Position numbers and translations under genes: made by a program
In this document: positions 1 to 7,725 of the stretch, piece after piece
Layout of the letters: every line of letters begins with the position of its first letter
Position numbering within the stretch: position 1 is the first letter of the stretch
Notes under the pieces: model-generated
Told to the model about the DNA's origin: nothing
The model's input: only the letters and a program-made list of their open reading frames with translations
The model's database searches: none
Assembly (NCBI GenBank): GCA_035438805.1
Contig: DAORJA010000002.1
Coordinates: 1-41,994 of the forward strand
DNA from: Candidatus Magasanikiibacteriota bacterium
GTDB taxonomy: Bacteria; Patescibacteriota; Patescibacteriia; Magasanikbacterales; UBA922
DNA length: 41,994 bases
Reading direction: 5' to 3'

Positions 1-362
1 AGTATATTAATTTTATTCGAGATATTTCCGAAGATATTGGATTGGGGAGACAATATATTCCCCTGGAAGTACTTCGTCCATTCGGATTTGAGAATCTTAC
101 CGAAGCGACAGCCCTCGCTAATCCGCAAGCATTTAAAAATGTAATCCAACAAGAATTGGAGCGCTACCGTGAGTGGCAAAAGCAAGGAGAAGCGGGTTTT
201 AGTTATTTTTCTCGTCGGACTCTCTTACCTATAAAAACCGCTGCCGATATGTATCGTTACACAGCCAAGGTTATTGCGAGCGATCCATTTATTATTTTTA
301 AAACAAAAGTAAAACCATCTAAAGCTCGTATTGTGAAACAGTTAATTTGTAATCTTGTATGA
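1..362 (+). CDS. squalene/phytoene synthase family protein, C-terminal part (5' end outside window)
   Basis: Frame is open from the window edge. It reads YINFIRDISEDIGLGRQYIP, matching the SQS/PSY signature (N-x-x-R-D-x-x-E-D...R-x-Y-x-P). The stop overlaps the next start (ATGA at 359-362). Confidence 0.75.
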   Translation, partial: YINFIRDISEDIGLGRQYIPLEVLRPFGFENLTEATALANPQAFKNVIQQELERYREWQKQGEAGFSYFSRRTLLPIKTAADMYRYTAKVIASDPFIIFKTKVKPSKARIVKQLICNLV

Positions 363-1420
363 AAGAATATTTTGCCACGACCAAACAATCAATCGCACCA
401 TTTTTAAATGAATATATAACTGATCAGATTGCTTCGTATAAACCCGTAAATCGGTGGAGTGCAGATGCCTTGCGTCGACTTCGTGCCACAGCCAGTGAGG
501 GTAAAATGGTTCGGGGAGGATTAGTGTATATGGCCTATGAATTGGCGCAAAAAAAGCCAGATGAAACATGTCAAAAACTGGCGGCCGCAATTGAGATTGT
601 CCATACAGCCCTAGTTATACATGATGATATTATGGATTGTGATGGTTTACGTCGCGGTCAGCCCACCGTTTATCGCCAATATCAGACATTGGCACATGCC
701 AGTAAAAGCAAGCACGCGGATCATCTAGGTGAATCTCTCGGTGTATGTGTTGGAGATGTAGCGATATTTTTAAGCTTTGATCTGTTGGCATCTCTGCCTG
801 TGTCACAAGCAGTGTTAGGTCAGAAGCTGGTACAAATTTTTTCTCAGGAATTATGTAAGGTTGGTTTTGCGCAAATGCAAGATGTCTGGGCTGGATCGGT
901 GTCTCAATCGGTGACTATGGCTGAAATCCTCCGACTGTATAGGTACAAGACGGCGCGTTATACATTCTCGTTGCCCTTTATGCTAGGCGGCATAGCTGCT
1001 GGTCTCGCATCTGATACCGTGAACAGTTTGGCGAAGTTGGGAGAACATATTGGAATTATTTTCCAGATTAAAGATGATGAATTGGGTATGTATGGGGAGC
1101 AGGAAAAAATCGGTAAGCCATGTGGGTCAGATATTCGCGAAGGTAAGCAGACATTCTATTATTATTTTTTGTATAAGTATGCTACCAAAGCTGAGCAAAA
1201 ATTGCTTGGAACTATATTTGGTAATCCTGCCGCTGGAAAACAACAGTTACTGCAAGTTCGTGAACTGATTGTTAAATATAGCATTATAGATAAAATCCAG
1301 GTTCTGTTAGAAAAAGAAATCAAGGAAGCCAAGAAAATTATTGCGGGGCTTCCGTTTGACTCCAAACAAAAACAGCTTTTGGAGGACCTTCTCGCTTTTA
1401 ATCTTAACCGTTCAGCATGA
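359..1420 (+). CDS. polyprenyl diphosphate synthase (trans-IPPS, GGPP/FPP synthase-like)
   Basis: First Asp-rich motif IHDDIMDCDGLRRG. Second motif FQIKDDELG followed by GKPCGSDIREGKQT. 353 aa. The last Asp of the second motif is Gly. Confidence 0.85.
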   Translation: MKEYFATTKQSIAPFLNEYITDQIASYKPVNRWSADALRRLRATASEGKMVRGGLVYMAYELAQKKPDETCQKLAAAIEIVHTALVIHDDIMDCDGLRRGQPTVYRQYQTLAHASKSKHADHLGESLGVCVGDVAIFLSFDLLASLPVSQAVLGQKLVQIFSQELCKVGFAQMQDVWAGSVSQSVTMAEILRLYRYKTARYTFSLPFMLGGIAAGLASDTVNSLAKLGEHIGIIFQIKDDELGMYGEQEKIGKPCGSDIREGKQTFYYYFLYKYATKAEQKLLGTIFGNPAAGKQQLLQVRELIVKYSIIDKIQVLLEKEIKEAKKIIAGLPFDSKQKQLLEDLLAFNLNRSA

Positions 1421-2259
1421 TTAATTATCTATTATTCTTATACAGACTATCTCGGCCAAGATTTTGGTTGTATATAGCTGGGACCTATGTAGTGGGGTAT
1501 GCGGCTGGCATCACTAGTCTGCGAGATTTTTTAAACCCACAATTTTTTGTCTACGTATTTTTTTTTCTTATCCCAGCTAATATTTTTTTATACGGGGTAA
1601 ATGATTTATATGATGGTGACACAGACCAGTTTAATCAAAAAAAACGCGTTCAGGAGCAGCTGTTGGTGGTTTCGCAAATAGTCAAATTACGCATTACACT
1701 GCTAGTCATAACCATGGTAAACGTGGGAGTTTTAATTATTGCGAATTCGGTGTTGGTAGCTTTATTATTATGCTTATTTTATTTCCTGTCCTATTTTTAT
1801 AGTGCTCCGCCCCTACGGTTTAAAGCTCATCCTGGTATTGATTTTATATCAAACCTTTTATATGGCCTGCCTGGTTTTATAGGTTATGCACAAATTGTTG
1901 GGCATTTGCCTCCGTGGCCCATTATGATCGGTGTGTGCTGTTGGACCTGGGCTATGCATTTATTCTCGGCAGTTCCTGATATCTCAAGCGACGCCAAGGC
2001 AGGTCTTTCTACTACCGCAGTAGTGCTGGGTGTTCGGCAATCACTGGTTTTGTGCCTGGTATTATGGCTTATATCAGTTTTAGTTGTATGGCTGTATTTC
2101 CCCATATCTATTTTGGGTTTTATGGCCTTAGCCTATCTTTTTATTCCTTCATATCTTTTATTGTATCCGGGTCACGTGCAAAAAGCGTACTGGTATTTTC
2201 CTATATTAAATACCATTGTAGGTTTTGTATTATTTACAAGCGTGCTGTTTTTATTTTGA
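1417..2259 (+). CDS. UbiA-family prenyltransferase (carotenoid-elongase-like by context)
   Basis: Polytopic membrane protein. N-terminal LSRPRFWLY and Asp-rich NDLYDGDTD motif typical of UbiA enzymes. ATGA overlap with the upstream gene. Confidence 0.8.
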   Translation: MINYLLFLYRLSRPRFWLYIAGTYVVGYAAGITSLRDFLNPQFFVYVFFFLIPANIFLYGVNDLYDGDTDQFNQKKRVQEQLLVVSQIVKLRITLLVITMVNVGVLIIANSVLVALLLCLFYFLSYFYSAPPLRFKAHPGIDFISNLLYGLPGFIGYAQIVGHLPPWPIMIGVCCWTWAMHLFSAVPDISSDAKAGLSTTAVVLGVRQSLVLCLVLWLISVLVVWLYFPISILGFMALAYLFIPSYLLLYPGHVQKAYWYFPILNTIVGFVLFTSVLFLF

Positions 2260-2528
2260 TCGATGTATTATTCATTGGTCATTATTTTTATCGGGTGTAC
2301 TTTTCGCTAAAATATTACATCAAGAGTAGAAAAGTTCAGAAGCTATCCATGTATTGGAGCAATAAAAAACAGACCTATAGGCCAGTTTTTTATAATTGTA
2401 TTTACGTAATCTTTTCTAAGGATATGGCCCACTTACCTATATTTTTAAATTCAATGATTGAAGTGTTCAAAGTAGAGAGAGCGCGAACTATAGGTAAGAT
2501 TAAAATTATGCTATACTGTCTGCATTAA

Positions 2529-3200
2529 TTGCCAAATATGTGCTTTTCTCCAGCAGCCAGCTTTACCGCAAGCGCACTTCTCACGGTGGCAGGTACTGCC
2601 GCAGTCATTAAAAATCATAAAGTAAAGAAAGCTCTGCCAATCGCAGTGATTCCACTTATTTTTGCAATCCAGCAAGCAATTGAGGGAATGTTGTGGTTGA
2701 ATATTCAGGGGAGTGGGGAACATACGTTATTATTTACATATCTCTTTCTTTTTTTTGCACTCTTCTGGTGGCCAGCGTACGTACCATTGAGCGTGTACCT
2801 ACTTGAAACCATTCCTCGACGGAAGCATATACTTATCGGACTGTTAGGAGCTGGAATAATGCTGGGGATTGCACTCTATGGAGCATTCATTATGCGGCCA
2901 GCGGCAGCTACGGTCGTAAATAGTTGTCTGTATTATGATTACACCACTTCTTTTGGCACGCTCGCAATCGTAGTCTATGGACTCACGACAATTGTTGCAG
3001 GTCTTATGTCGAGTAATCGCAACGTGAAATTTCTATATTTTGTGTTCTGGATTTTGGCACTTGTTGCTTGGAAACTCTACTTAGTCAATTTTACCTCAGT
3101 TTGGTGCTTTTTTGGTGCTATCGTGAGCGCAATTATCTGCTGGTTTGATTTTTCAGTTAAACCGAAAAAAATCTACAAAAAATTATTTTCTGCTAAATAA
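2529..3200 (+). CDS. hypothetical integral membrane protein
   Basis: 223-aa ORF with about 6 hydrophobic segments. The track start is TTG; an in-frame ATG lies at 2538. No recognisable catalytic motif. Confidence 0.55.
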   Translation: MPNMCFSPAASFTASALLTVAGTAAVIKNHKVKKALPIAVIPLIFAIQQAIEGMLWLNIQGSGEHTLLFTYLFLFFALFWWPAYVPLSVYLLETIPRRKHILIGLLGAGIMLGIALYGAFIMRPAAATVVNSCLYYDYTTSFGTLAIVVYGLTTIVAGLMSSNRNVKFLYFVFWILALVAWKLYLVNFTSVWCFFGAIVSAIICWFDFSVKPKKIYKKLFSAK

Positions 3201-3274
3201 AAAGTGAACGTGTAGATAGTAGACATATATACATAATAGGTGTAGGGTAGAAATAGGGGGTATAACGCCTGTAT

Positions 3275-3958
3275 ATGTTTAGACTTCATGCGGACAATGT
3301 ACTTGTTCGGATGAATGATAGAGATGCAGAAAAAATAAAGGATTTTTTACATGTCTCGTTTTTCATCCTAATTCAAGTTCTGGTCATCACGGAATACATT
3401 TTTAGTCCAAAAAAAGGATTGGATATCTTTTGGTTTTGCAATCATGTGTCAATTATATACGCATATGCGCTCTATACGCATCGTCCTCAGATGGTCGTCG
3501 GGGTTATGCAGGTAGGGATCTTTGTTCAGATCGTATGGCTTATCAGCTTTACGAGCCATATCATGGGTATTGGAAATATGGACACTACTGCATACATGTT
3601 CGAAGGATCCTTTGATTATGCAAAAATGATCACTCTTATCGTCCACATACTCCTTCCTACCAGTATAATCTGGCTGTTACGAAAAAAGCGGCCTAGACTT
3701 ATATCTTTGCTATATTCAGCAGTTTATTGTTGTTTTCTCTATGTTACCGCACATCTATTTACCCCTAGAGAGGAAAATATTAATTGCGTGTTTAATCCTT
3801 GTACAGTATTTGTACCGAAGTCGGGATATACGGTGCTATGGCCTTTCTATGCCGGGATTATGGTGTGTATAAACCATGGAATATATCGCTTGTCCTTCAG
3901 GTTATTTGCTAGAAAACCTGAAAAAGCGAGTGTGTTATATCTGGTACCAAGCAAGTAA
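3275..3958 (+). CDS. hypothetical integral membrane protein
   Basis: 227-aa ORF with ATG start and multiple hydrophobic helices. Same strand as the isoprenoid genes. Confidence 0.55.
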   Translation: MFRLHADNVLVRMNDRDAEKIKDFLHVSFFILIQVLVITEYIFSPKKGLDIFWFCNHVSIIYAYALYTHRPQMVVGVMQVGIFVQIVWLISFTSHIMGIGNMDTTAYMFEGSFDYAKMITLIVHILLPTSIIWLLRKKRPRLISLLYSAVYCCFLYVTAHLFTPREENINCVFNPCTVFVPKSGYTVLWPFYAGIMVCINHGIYRLSFRLFARKPEKASVLYLVPSK

Positions 3959-4030
3959 TCCACAATTTGAACCAAAAAAGTGTCCAAAAAGGCGTTGTGT
4001 TTTTTTATATAACTGAGTACAATAGGCGTC

Positions 4031-5227
4031 ATGAAAAAAGTATTACTGTTTACCATTTTTATCGTAGTCCTGGGCTTTACTGGATGGTATGTCTGGAAGA
4101 ATATTCTGTGGTTCCGGGCGGGTGATCCAGGGGGTGCTATGGAGAAAGCGAGGACAGAAGCGATCGATCGCGTGCTTGATGCTCGCCGTGCTCGAGTGGA
4201 AGAAAATAAAGAGGTAGACCCGTTTGGTGAAGACGGTATTGTTCGCGTACTGTTGATTGGGCTTGATAAGCGCGTCGGTCAGACTACTGGACATTGTGAT
4301 GTAATTCAGATGATTACGATTGATACGAAGCAGGAAAAAGTTACGATCACTGCAGTGCCTCGTGGAACCTATTCACCGCTACCTCCAGGAACGGGCGTTA
4401 CTTCGTCTGATTATTATGTATCGAATTCATGTGGACTCGGTGGAATTGAATATGGCATCAATCAGATTGAAAAAATCCTTGGTATGAAGGCGGATTATCT
4501 AGTGATTGTTGGATTCTCAGAAACATTGGGAGTACTCCGAAGCTTGCGCCTTCCAACTACCGAGACACTTCAATGGCTCCGTCAGAGACACGCGTACGCA
4601 ATTGGTGAACCGCAGCGTGCACACAATCATTCAACATTTTTGAAACAAATGTTGCTCGGGTACGTTCCAGACGAGCCGTCAAAAATGGATAAGGCGCTTC
4701 ATTATGTCGTGTATAAGATTGTAAAAACAGATTTGTCATTTGATGAAGCAGAAGCAATTGTGACCGCACTCTCAAAAATGAAAATATCTGAACATTCAGA
4801 TAATATTACGCTCGCAATGCGTCCAGCACATACCGTCGCAGACATTCCGTATATTCCTGATGAATTGGAGGAATATTTGGATAGCACACTTGGTAGAATC
4901 AAAGGTAGTCTTGGAGAAAATGATTATAGCGGAACATCAAGAGATCAAATACAAAAGACACTATTAGACATGATTGAAGCAAAGAAAAAAGATCCGCAAT
5001 TTATCACATGGGCATTTGAAAATAATTTGTGGCTTCAGATTGAAGATGAGCCTACTCGATTGCAAGCGCAATATGACTTCCTCAAATCCTATTTGAAACT
5101 AGAAAAAGATGAAGCAAAAAGAAAAACTCTGATTGCTGATTATACTCTTGAGATGGAGCATGGAGGTCAGGAACAGTGGGCAGTCAAAGGGCGAGAATTA
5201 CTGGCAGAAGAAATTGAAAAAAAGTAA
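4031..5227 (+). CDS. LCP (LytR-CpsA-Psr)-like cell-envelope protein, divergent
   Basis: N-terminal TM anchor. The core VRVLLIGLDKRVGQTTGHCDVIQMITIDTKQEKVTITAVPRGTY ... MKADYLVIVGFSE aligns with the LCP consensus (LLLG.D.R...RSDTIML...SIPRDTY...IDYYV.V.F). RSD is replaced by HCD and PRD by PRG. Confidence 0.55.
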   Translation: MKKVLLFTIFIVVLGFTGWYVWKNILWFRAGDPGGAMEKARTEAIDRVLDARRARVEENKEVDPFGEDGIVRVLLIGLDKRVGQTTGHCDVIQMITIDTKQEKVTITAVPRGTYSPLPPGTGVTSSDYYVSNSCGLGGIEYGINQIEKILGMKADYLVIVGFSETLGVLRSLRLPTTETLQWLRQRHAYAIGEPQRAHNHSTFLKQMLLGYVPDEPSKMDKALHYVVYKIVKTDLSFDEAEAIVTALSKMKISEHSDNITLAMRPAHTVADIPYIPDELEEYLDSTLGRIKGSLGENDYSGTSRDQIQKTLLDMIEAKKKDPQFITWAFENNLWLQIEDEPTRLQAQYDFLKSYLKLEKDEAKRKTLIADYTLEMEHGGQEQWAVKGRELLAEEIEKK

Positions 5228-5228
5228 A

Positions 5229-5260
5229 ACAAAAAAGGCGCTTACTCTAGCGCTCTTTTT
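5229..5260. terminator. bidirectional hairpin terminator between convergent LCP-like gene and greA
   Basis: A-run, then GGCGCT-tactct-AGCGCT, then T-run. Overlaps the greA stop codon. Confidence 0.45.
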
Positions 5261-5747
5261 GTATAATGAGATATTCAATTTTTTTCTTGCCAATGTCGAC
5301 AGCAATTGTCTCACCAACCTTTTTTCCGATCAAAGCTTCACCAATTGGTGAATGGTGTGAAATGATTCCTTGATCCGGATCGGTTTCAGCAGAACCAAGA
5401 ATCTGATATGTTTTTCGTCGCCCCTCACTTTCAAGTGTTACACGGTCTCCCAGTTCAATAATATCGCTATCAGAATGAGAAGAAATTATCTGAGCTTGTT
5501 TAAGTTGGTTTTCGAGCACAAGAATTCTCTGATTGACTGCTCGAAGTTTTCCTTTTGCCAGTTGATATTCCACATTTTCAGAAAAATCGCCAAGTTCTGC
5601 CAATCGAGCTACTTCTTTTGCAAGTAGCGGCCGTTCGTTCTGTAATCGTGCGAGTTTGCGTGTAAGCTGATCTAGTTTATCTTGTGTAATAAAAGGATCA
5701 AGCGGTGTATGTGCATATTTGCCGGGTTTTCGGTAGGGGAGTTGCAT
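5247..5747 (-). CDS. greA: transcription elongation factor GreA
   Basis: ITQDKLDQLTRKLARLQNERPLLAKEVARLAELGDFSENVEYQLAKGKL coiled-coil plus a C-terminal FKBP-like domain. The track start (TTG at 5756) overlaps a predicted -10 box, so ATG at 5747 is preferred. Confidence 0.85.
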   Translation of the reverse strand: MQLPYRKPGKYAHTPLDPFITQDKLDQLTRKLARLQNERPLLAKEVARLAELGDFSENVEYQLAKGKLRAVNQRILVLENQLKQAQIISSHSDSDIIELGDRVTLESEGRRKTYQILGSAETDPDQGIISHHSPIGEALIGKKVGETIAVDIGKKKIEYLIIQKER

Positions 5748-5781
5748 AGGACACAATCATAGCAACTATATTTCATTTTGA

Positions 5782-5809
5782 CAAAAAAACACCAGAAAAA
5801 ATCTGATGT
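5782..5809 (-). terminator. Rho-independent terminator downstream of GC-rich sigma gene
   Basis: Minus strand reads ACATCAGA-tttt-TCTGGTGT followed by TTTTTTT. The one non-Watson-Crick pair is G.U only on the minus-strand RNA. Confidence 0.6.
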
Positions 5810-5944
5810 GTTTTGGTAACGGAGCCATGGAAAGCTCCTAGTGTTGTTCTACTGCTTCTGTGTCCATCCGCTCGTGTGGGAGCGCATAGAAGCAAACCTA
5901 TATACGACTTGAGTGGCTCGATCATGAGCAATCCACTGTAGGTA

Positions 5945-6538
5945 TCAGGAACGAGCATAGCGGCTGAGCTGATGTTCCATGTTTTGCCGGGCATGGAAGA
6001 GTCGGCTCATTACCGTTCCAATCGGACACCCAAGTGTGAGAGCGATTTCTTCGTAAGTCATGCCATGGAGTTCTCGCATCTCGAACACCATTCGGTGTTT
6101 AGGAGACAGGGTCTTCAGTGCGGCTGCCATGTGAGTGTTACGTTCGTGGTGCAAGGTCACCTCCTCCGGAGAGGGAATGTCTGCATGCATACGAATGTAA
6201 CCTTTCGCTTCAACATGTGCCGCAGAGTCCACGTACTCGGTCAATGCCGCTCGCTTCTCCTTGCGAATGAGGTCGATACACGTGTTCTTCGTGAGCATCC
6301 ATAGCCAGGTGGAAAACTTCGATTTTTCATCAAACGTTTCCAGGTGGGTGAGAACTTTCACGAAGACATCATGCACGATGTCTTTTACTGTTTCGAGATT
6401 GCGAATCATGGGATACGCAATCTTCAAGACCAGTCCGCGGTATCTCTGGTAGAGCTCTCGGAACGCTCGGCGGTCGCCCTCTTTGCAGAGTTTGATGAGG
6501 TCTCTTTCGTCAGTTGTCGTAGGCTTGTCTTTTTTCAA
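5945..6538 (-). CDS. ECF-type sigma-70 family RNA polymerase sigma factor (GC-rich, orphan)
   Basis: Region 2 (FRELYQRYRGLVLKIAYPMIRNLETVKDIVHDVFVKV...FSTWLWMLTKNTCIDLIRK) and region 4 (LSPKHRMVFEMRELHGMTYEEIALTLGCPIGTVMSRLFHAR). A TTG at 6538 is preceded by GGAGG (6545-6549) at a 6-nt spacing. The longer track start at 6619 lies inside the predicted -35 box. Confidence 0.8.
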   Translation of the reverse strand: MKKDKPTTTDERDLIKLCKEGDRRAFRELYQRYRGLVLKIAYPMIRNLETVKDIVHDVFVKVLTHLETFDEKSKFSTWLWMLTKNTCIDLIRKEKRAALTEYVDSAAHVEAKGYIRMHADIPSPEEVTLHHERNTHMAAALKTLSPKHRMVFEMRELHGMTYEEIALTLGCPIGTVMSRLFHARQNMEHQLSRYARS

Positions 6539-6590
6539 GGTGCACCTCCGTAATGTCGCTCTAGCTCCCTCAATAGGCACATTGTATCTA

Positions 6591-6619
6591 AACATAGCAA
6601 TAGTACAAAAAATCGTCAA
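6591..6619 (-). promoter_or_regulatory. sigma-70-type promoter for the GC-rich sigma gene
   Basis: Minus strand: TTGACG (6619-6614), 17 nt, TATGTT (6596-6591). Confidence 0.45.
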
Positions 6620-6669
6620 GAAAATTTTGCTAGGTAGAGTCTAGTTCTATATAAAAAGTGTATAAGTGG

Positions 6670-6698
6670 TTGACACATACCTAGTATGGGGCTATAGT
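6670..6698 (+). promoter_or_regulatory. sigma-70-type promoter of a small transcription unit
   Basis: TTGACA (6670-6675), 17 nt, TATAGT (6693-6698). Confidence 0.5.
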
Positions 6699-6778
6699 AA
6701 AAATAGTGCTTACTCACACTGCATTTTTTGTAAGTAGCTCGAGCACTTTCAGAAAATAGCAGAATTAATTAAAAACAT

Positions 6779-6877
6779 ATGGTTTATATAGAAGATGATA
6801 AAAAAGAAGAGCAGGACGTAGATAACTTTGAACTCGGCAAGAAAATAGCTGAGGAAGAAAAAGAAGATGAAAGCTAA
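6779..6877 (+). CDS. candidate micro-ORF, 32 aa, highly acidic
   Basis: ATG..TAA encoding MVYIEDDKKEEQDVDNFELGKKIAEEEKEDES. Lies between the predicted promoter and terminator. No SD. Confidence 0.2.
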   Translation: MVYIEDDKKEEQDVDNFELGKKIAEEEKEDES

Positions 6878-6918
6878 GTCCTGATCAAGGAGGATGTTTA
6901 TTCTTAACCCCAATTCAT

Positions 6919-7056
6919 ATGGCAAGTAAAGCTGGATTATTTTTTGGAGCAATGGACGCGGGTAGAAAAGATGCAAAAGAAGCTGCTGAGAAAAAGAAGG
7001 CTGAAAGCAAAAAACTGCATGATCGTGTGGAAAAAAGTGATCATAAAGATAGTTAA
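6919..7056 (+). CDS. candidate micro-ORF, 45 aa, lysine-rich
   Basis: MASKAGLFFGAMDAGRKDAKEAAEKKKAESKKLHDRVEKSDHKDS. AAGGAGG at 6889-6895 is 23 nt upstream, which is far. A terminator follows 13 nt after the stop. Confidence 0.3.
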   Translation: MASKAGLFFGAMDAGRKDAKEAAEKKKAESKKLHDRVEKSDHKDS

Positions 7057-7069
7057 TAAGAAAGTAGTC

Positions 7070-7097
7070 AAAACTAGCCTTACCTAAGGCTAGTTTT
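7070..7097 (+). terminator. Rho-independent terminator
   Basis: AAAACTAGCCT-tacctа-like loop-AGGCTAGTTTT: an 11-bp stem ending in a T-run. Confidence 0.6.
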
Positions 7098-7168
7098 AAT
7101 TACGTAACGCGATGTGAAATAAAGTATATGATATAGTTGTAGTATAGGTAGCTCCTGAATTTCATTTT

Positions 7169-7723
7169 ATGGATCCACTCCGAACGGATGAGGAACTGGC
7201 ATTGGATGTACAGCAAGGAAATAGCGAAGCCTTTAGCATGTTATTCAATCGGTATGAACAAAAAATGCTTCGATATGGCAAGCGGTTTTTGTATACCTAT
7301 GAAGATTTGGAAGACGCAGTTCAGGAAGTGTTTATTAAAGCATATAAAAATGTTCAAAGTTTTAATACGACTAAAAAATTTTCGACCTGGCTCTACCGTA
7401 TTGCGCACAATACATTTATCAATGTAATCAAAAAGAATGGGAGAGAACCTGTATCATTTTTCGACTTTGATACCTTGGTGAAAATTCCATCCAAAACTAC
7501 AGACACTCTTGAAGATGATTTTTTGAAAGCACAGGATTCTGAGTCATTAGCTGGTATAATGAAAAAGCTTTCTCCGAAATATCGTGAAGCATTGGTACTA
7601 TTTTATTTTGAAGAATTGGAGTATAAAGAAATAGCAGAGGTCCTGAAAATACCAACTTCTACAGTAGGAGTCAGAATCACAAGAGGCAGAGCAATGCTCA
7701 AAAAAATGATTTCTAATACATAA
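7169..7723 (+). CDS. ECF-type sigma-70 family sigma factor
   Basis: Region 2 (AFSMLFNRYEQKMLRYGKRFL...DAVQEVFIKAYKN...FSTWLYRIAHNTFINVIKK) and region 4 (LSPKYREALVLFYFEELEYKEIAEVLKIPTSTVGVRITRGR). Confidence 0.85.
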   Translation: MDPLRTDEELALDVQQGNSEAFSMLFNRYEQKMLRYGKRFLYTYEDLEDAVQEVFIKAYKNVQSFNTTKKFSTWLYRIAHNTFINVIKKNGREPVSFFDFDTLVKIPSKTTDTLEDDFLKAQDSESLAGIMKKLSPKYREALVLFYFEELEYKEIAEVLKIPTSTVGVRITRGRAMLKKMISNT

Positions 7724-7725
7724 GT

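Noticed and set aside
2052-2528. ORF 2052-2528 (+, 158 aa)
   Set aside because: It overlaps the 3' end of the UbiA gene out of frame and runs through AT-rich intergenic sequence. Its composition is low-complexity and Phe/Ile/Tyr-rich.
6538-6619. N-terminal 27 codons of the ORF-track sigma ORF (start TTG at 6619)
   Set aside because: TTG 6619-6617 belongs to a TTGACG -35 hexamer with a TATGTT -10 box 17 nt downstream. A GGAGG sequence sits 6 nt before TTG 6538, and that start gives a normal ECF N-terminus.
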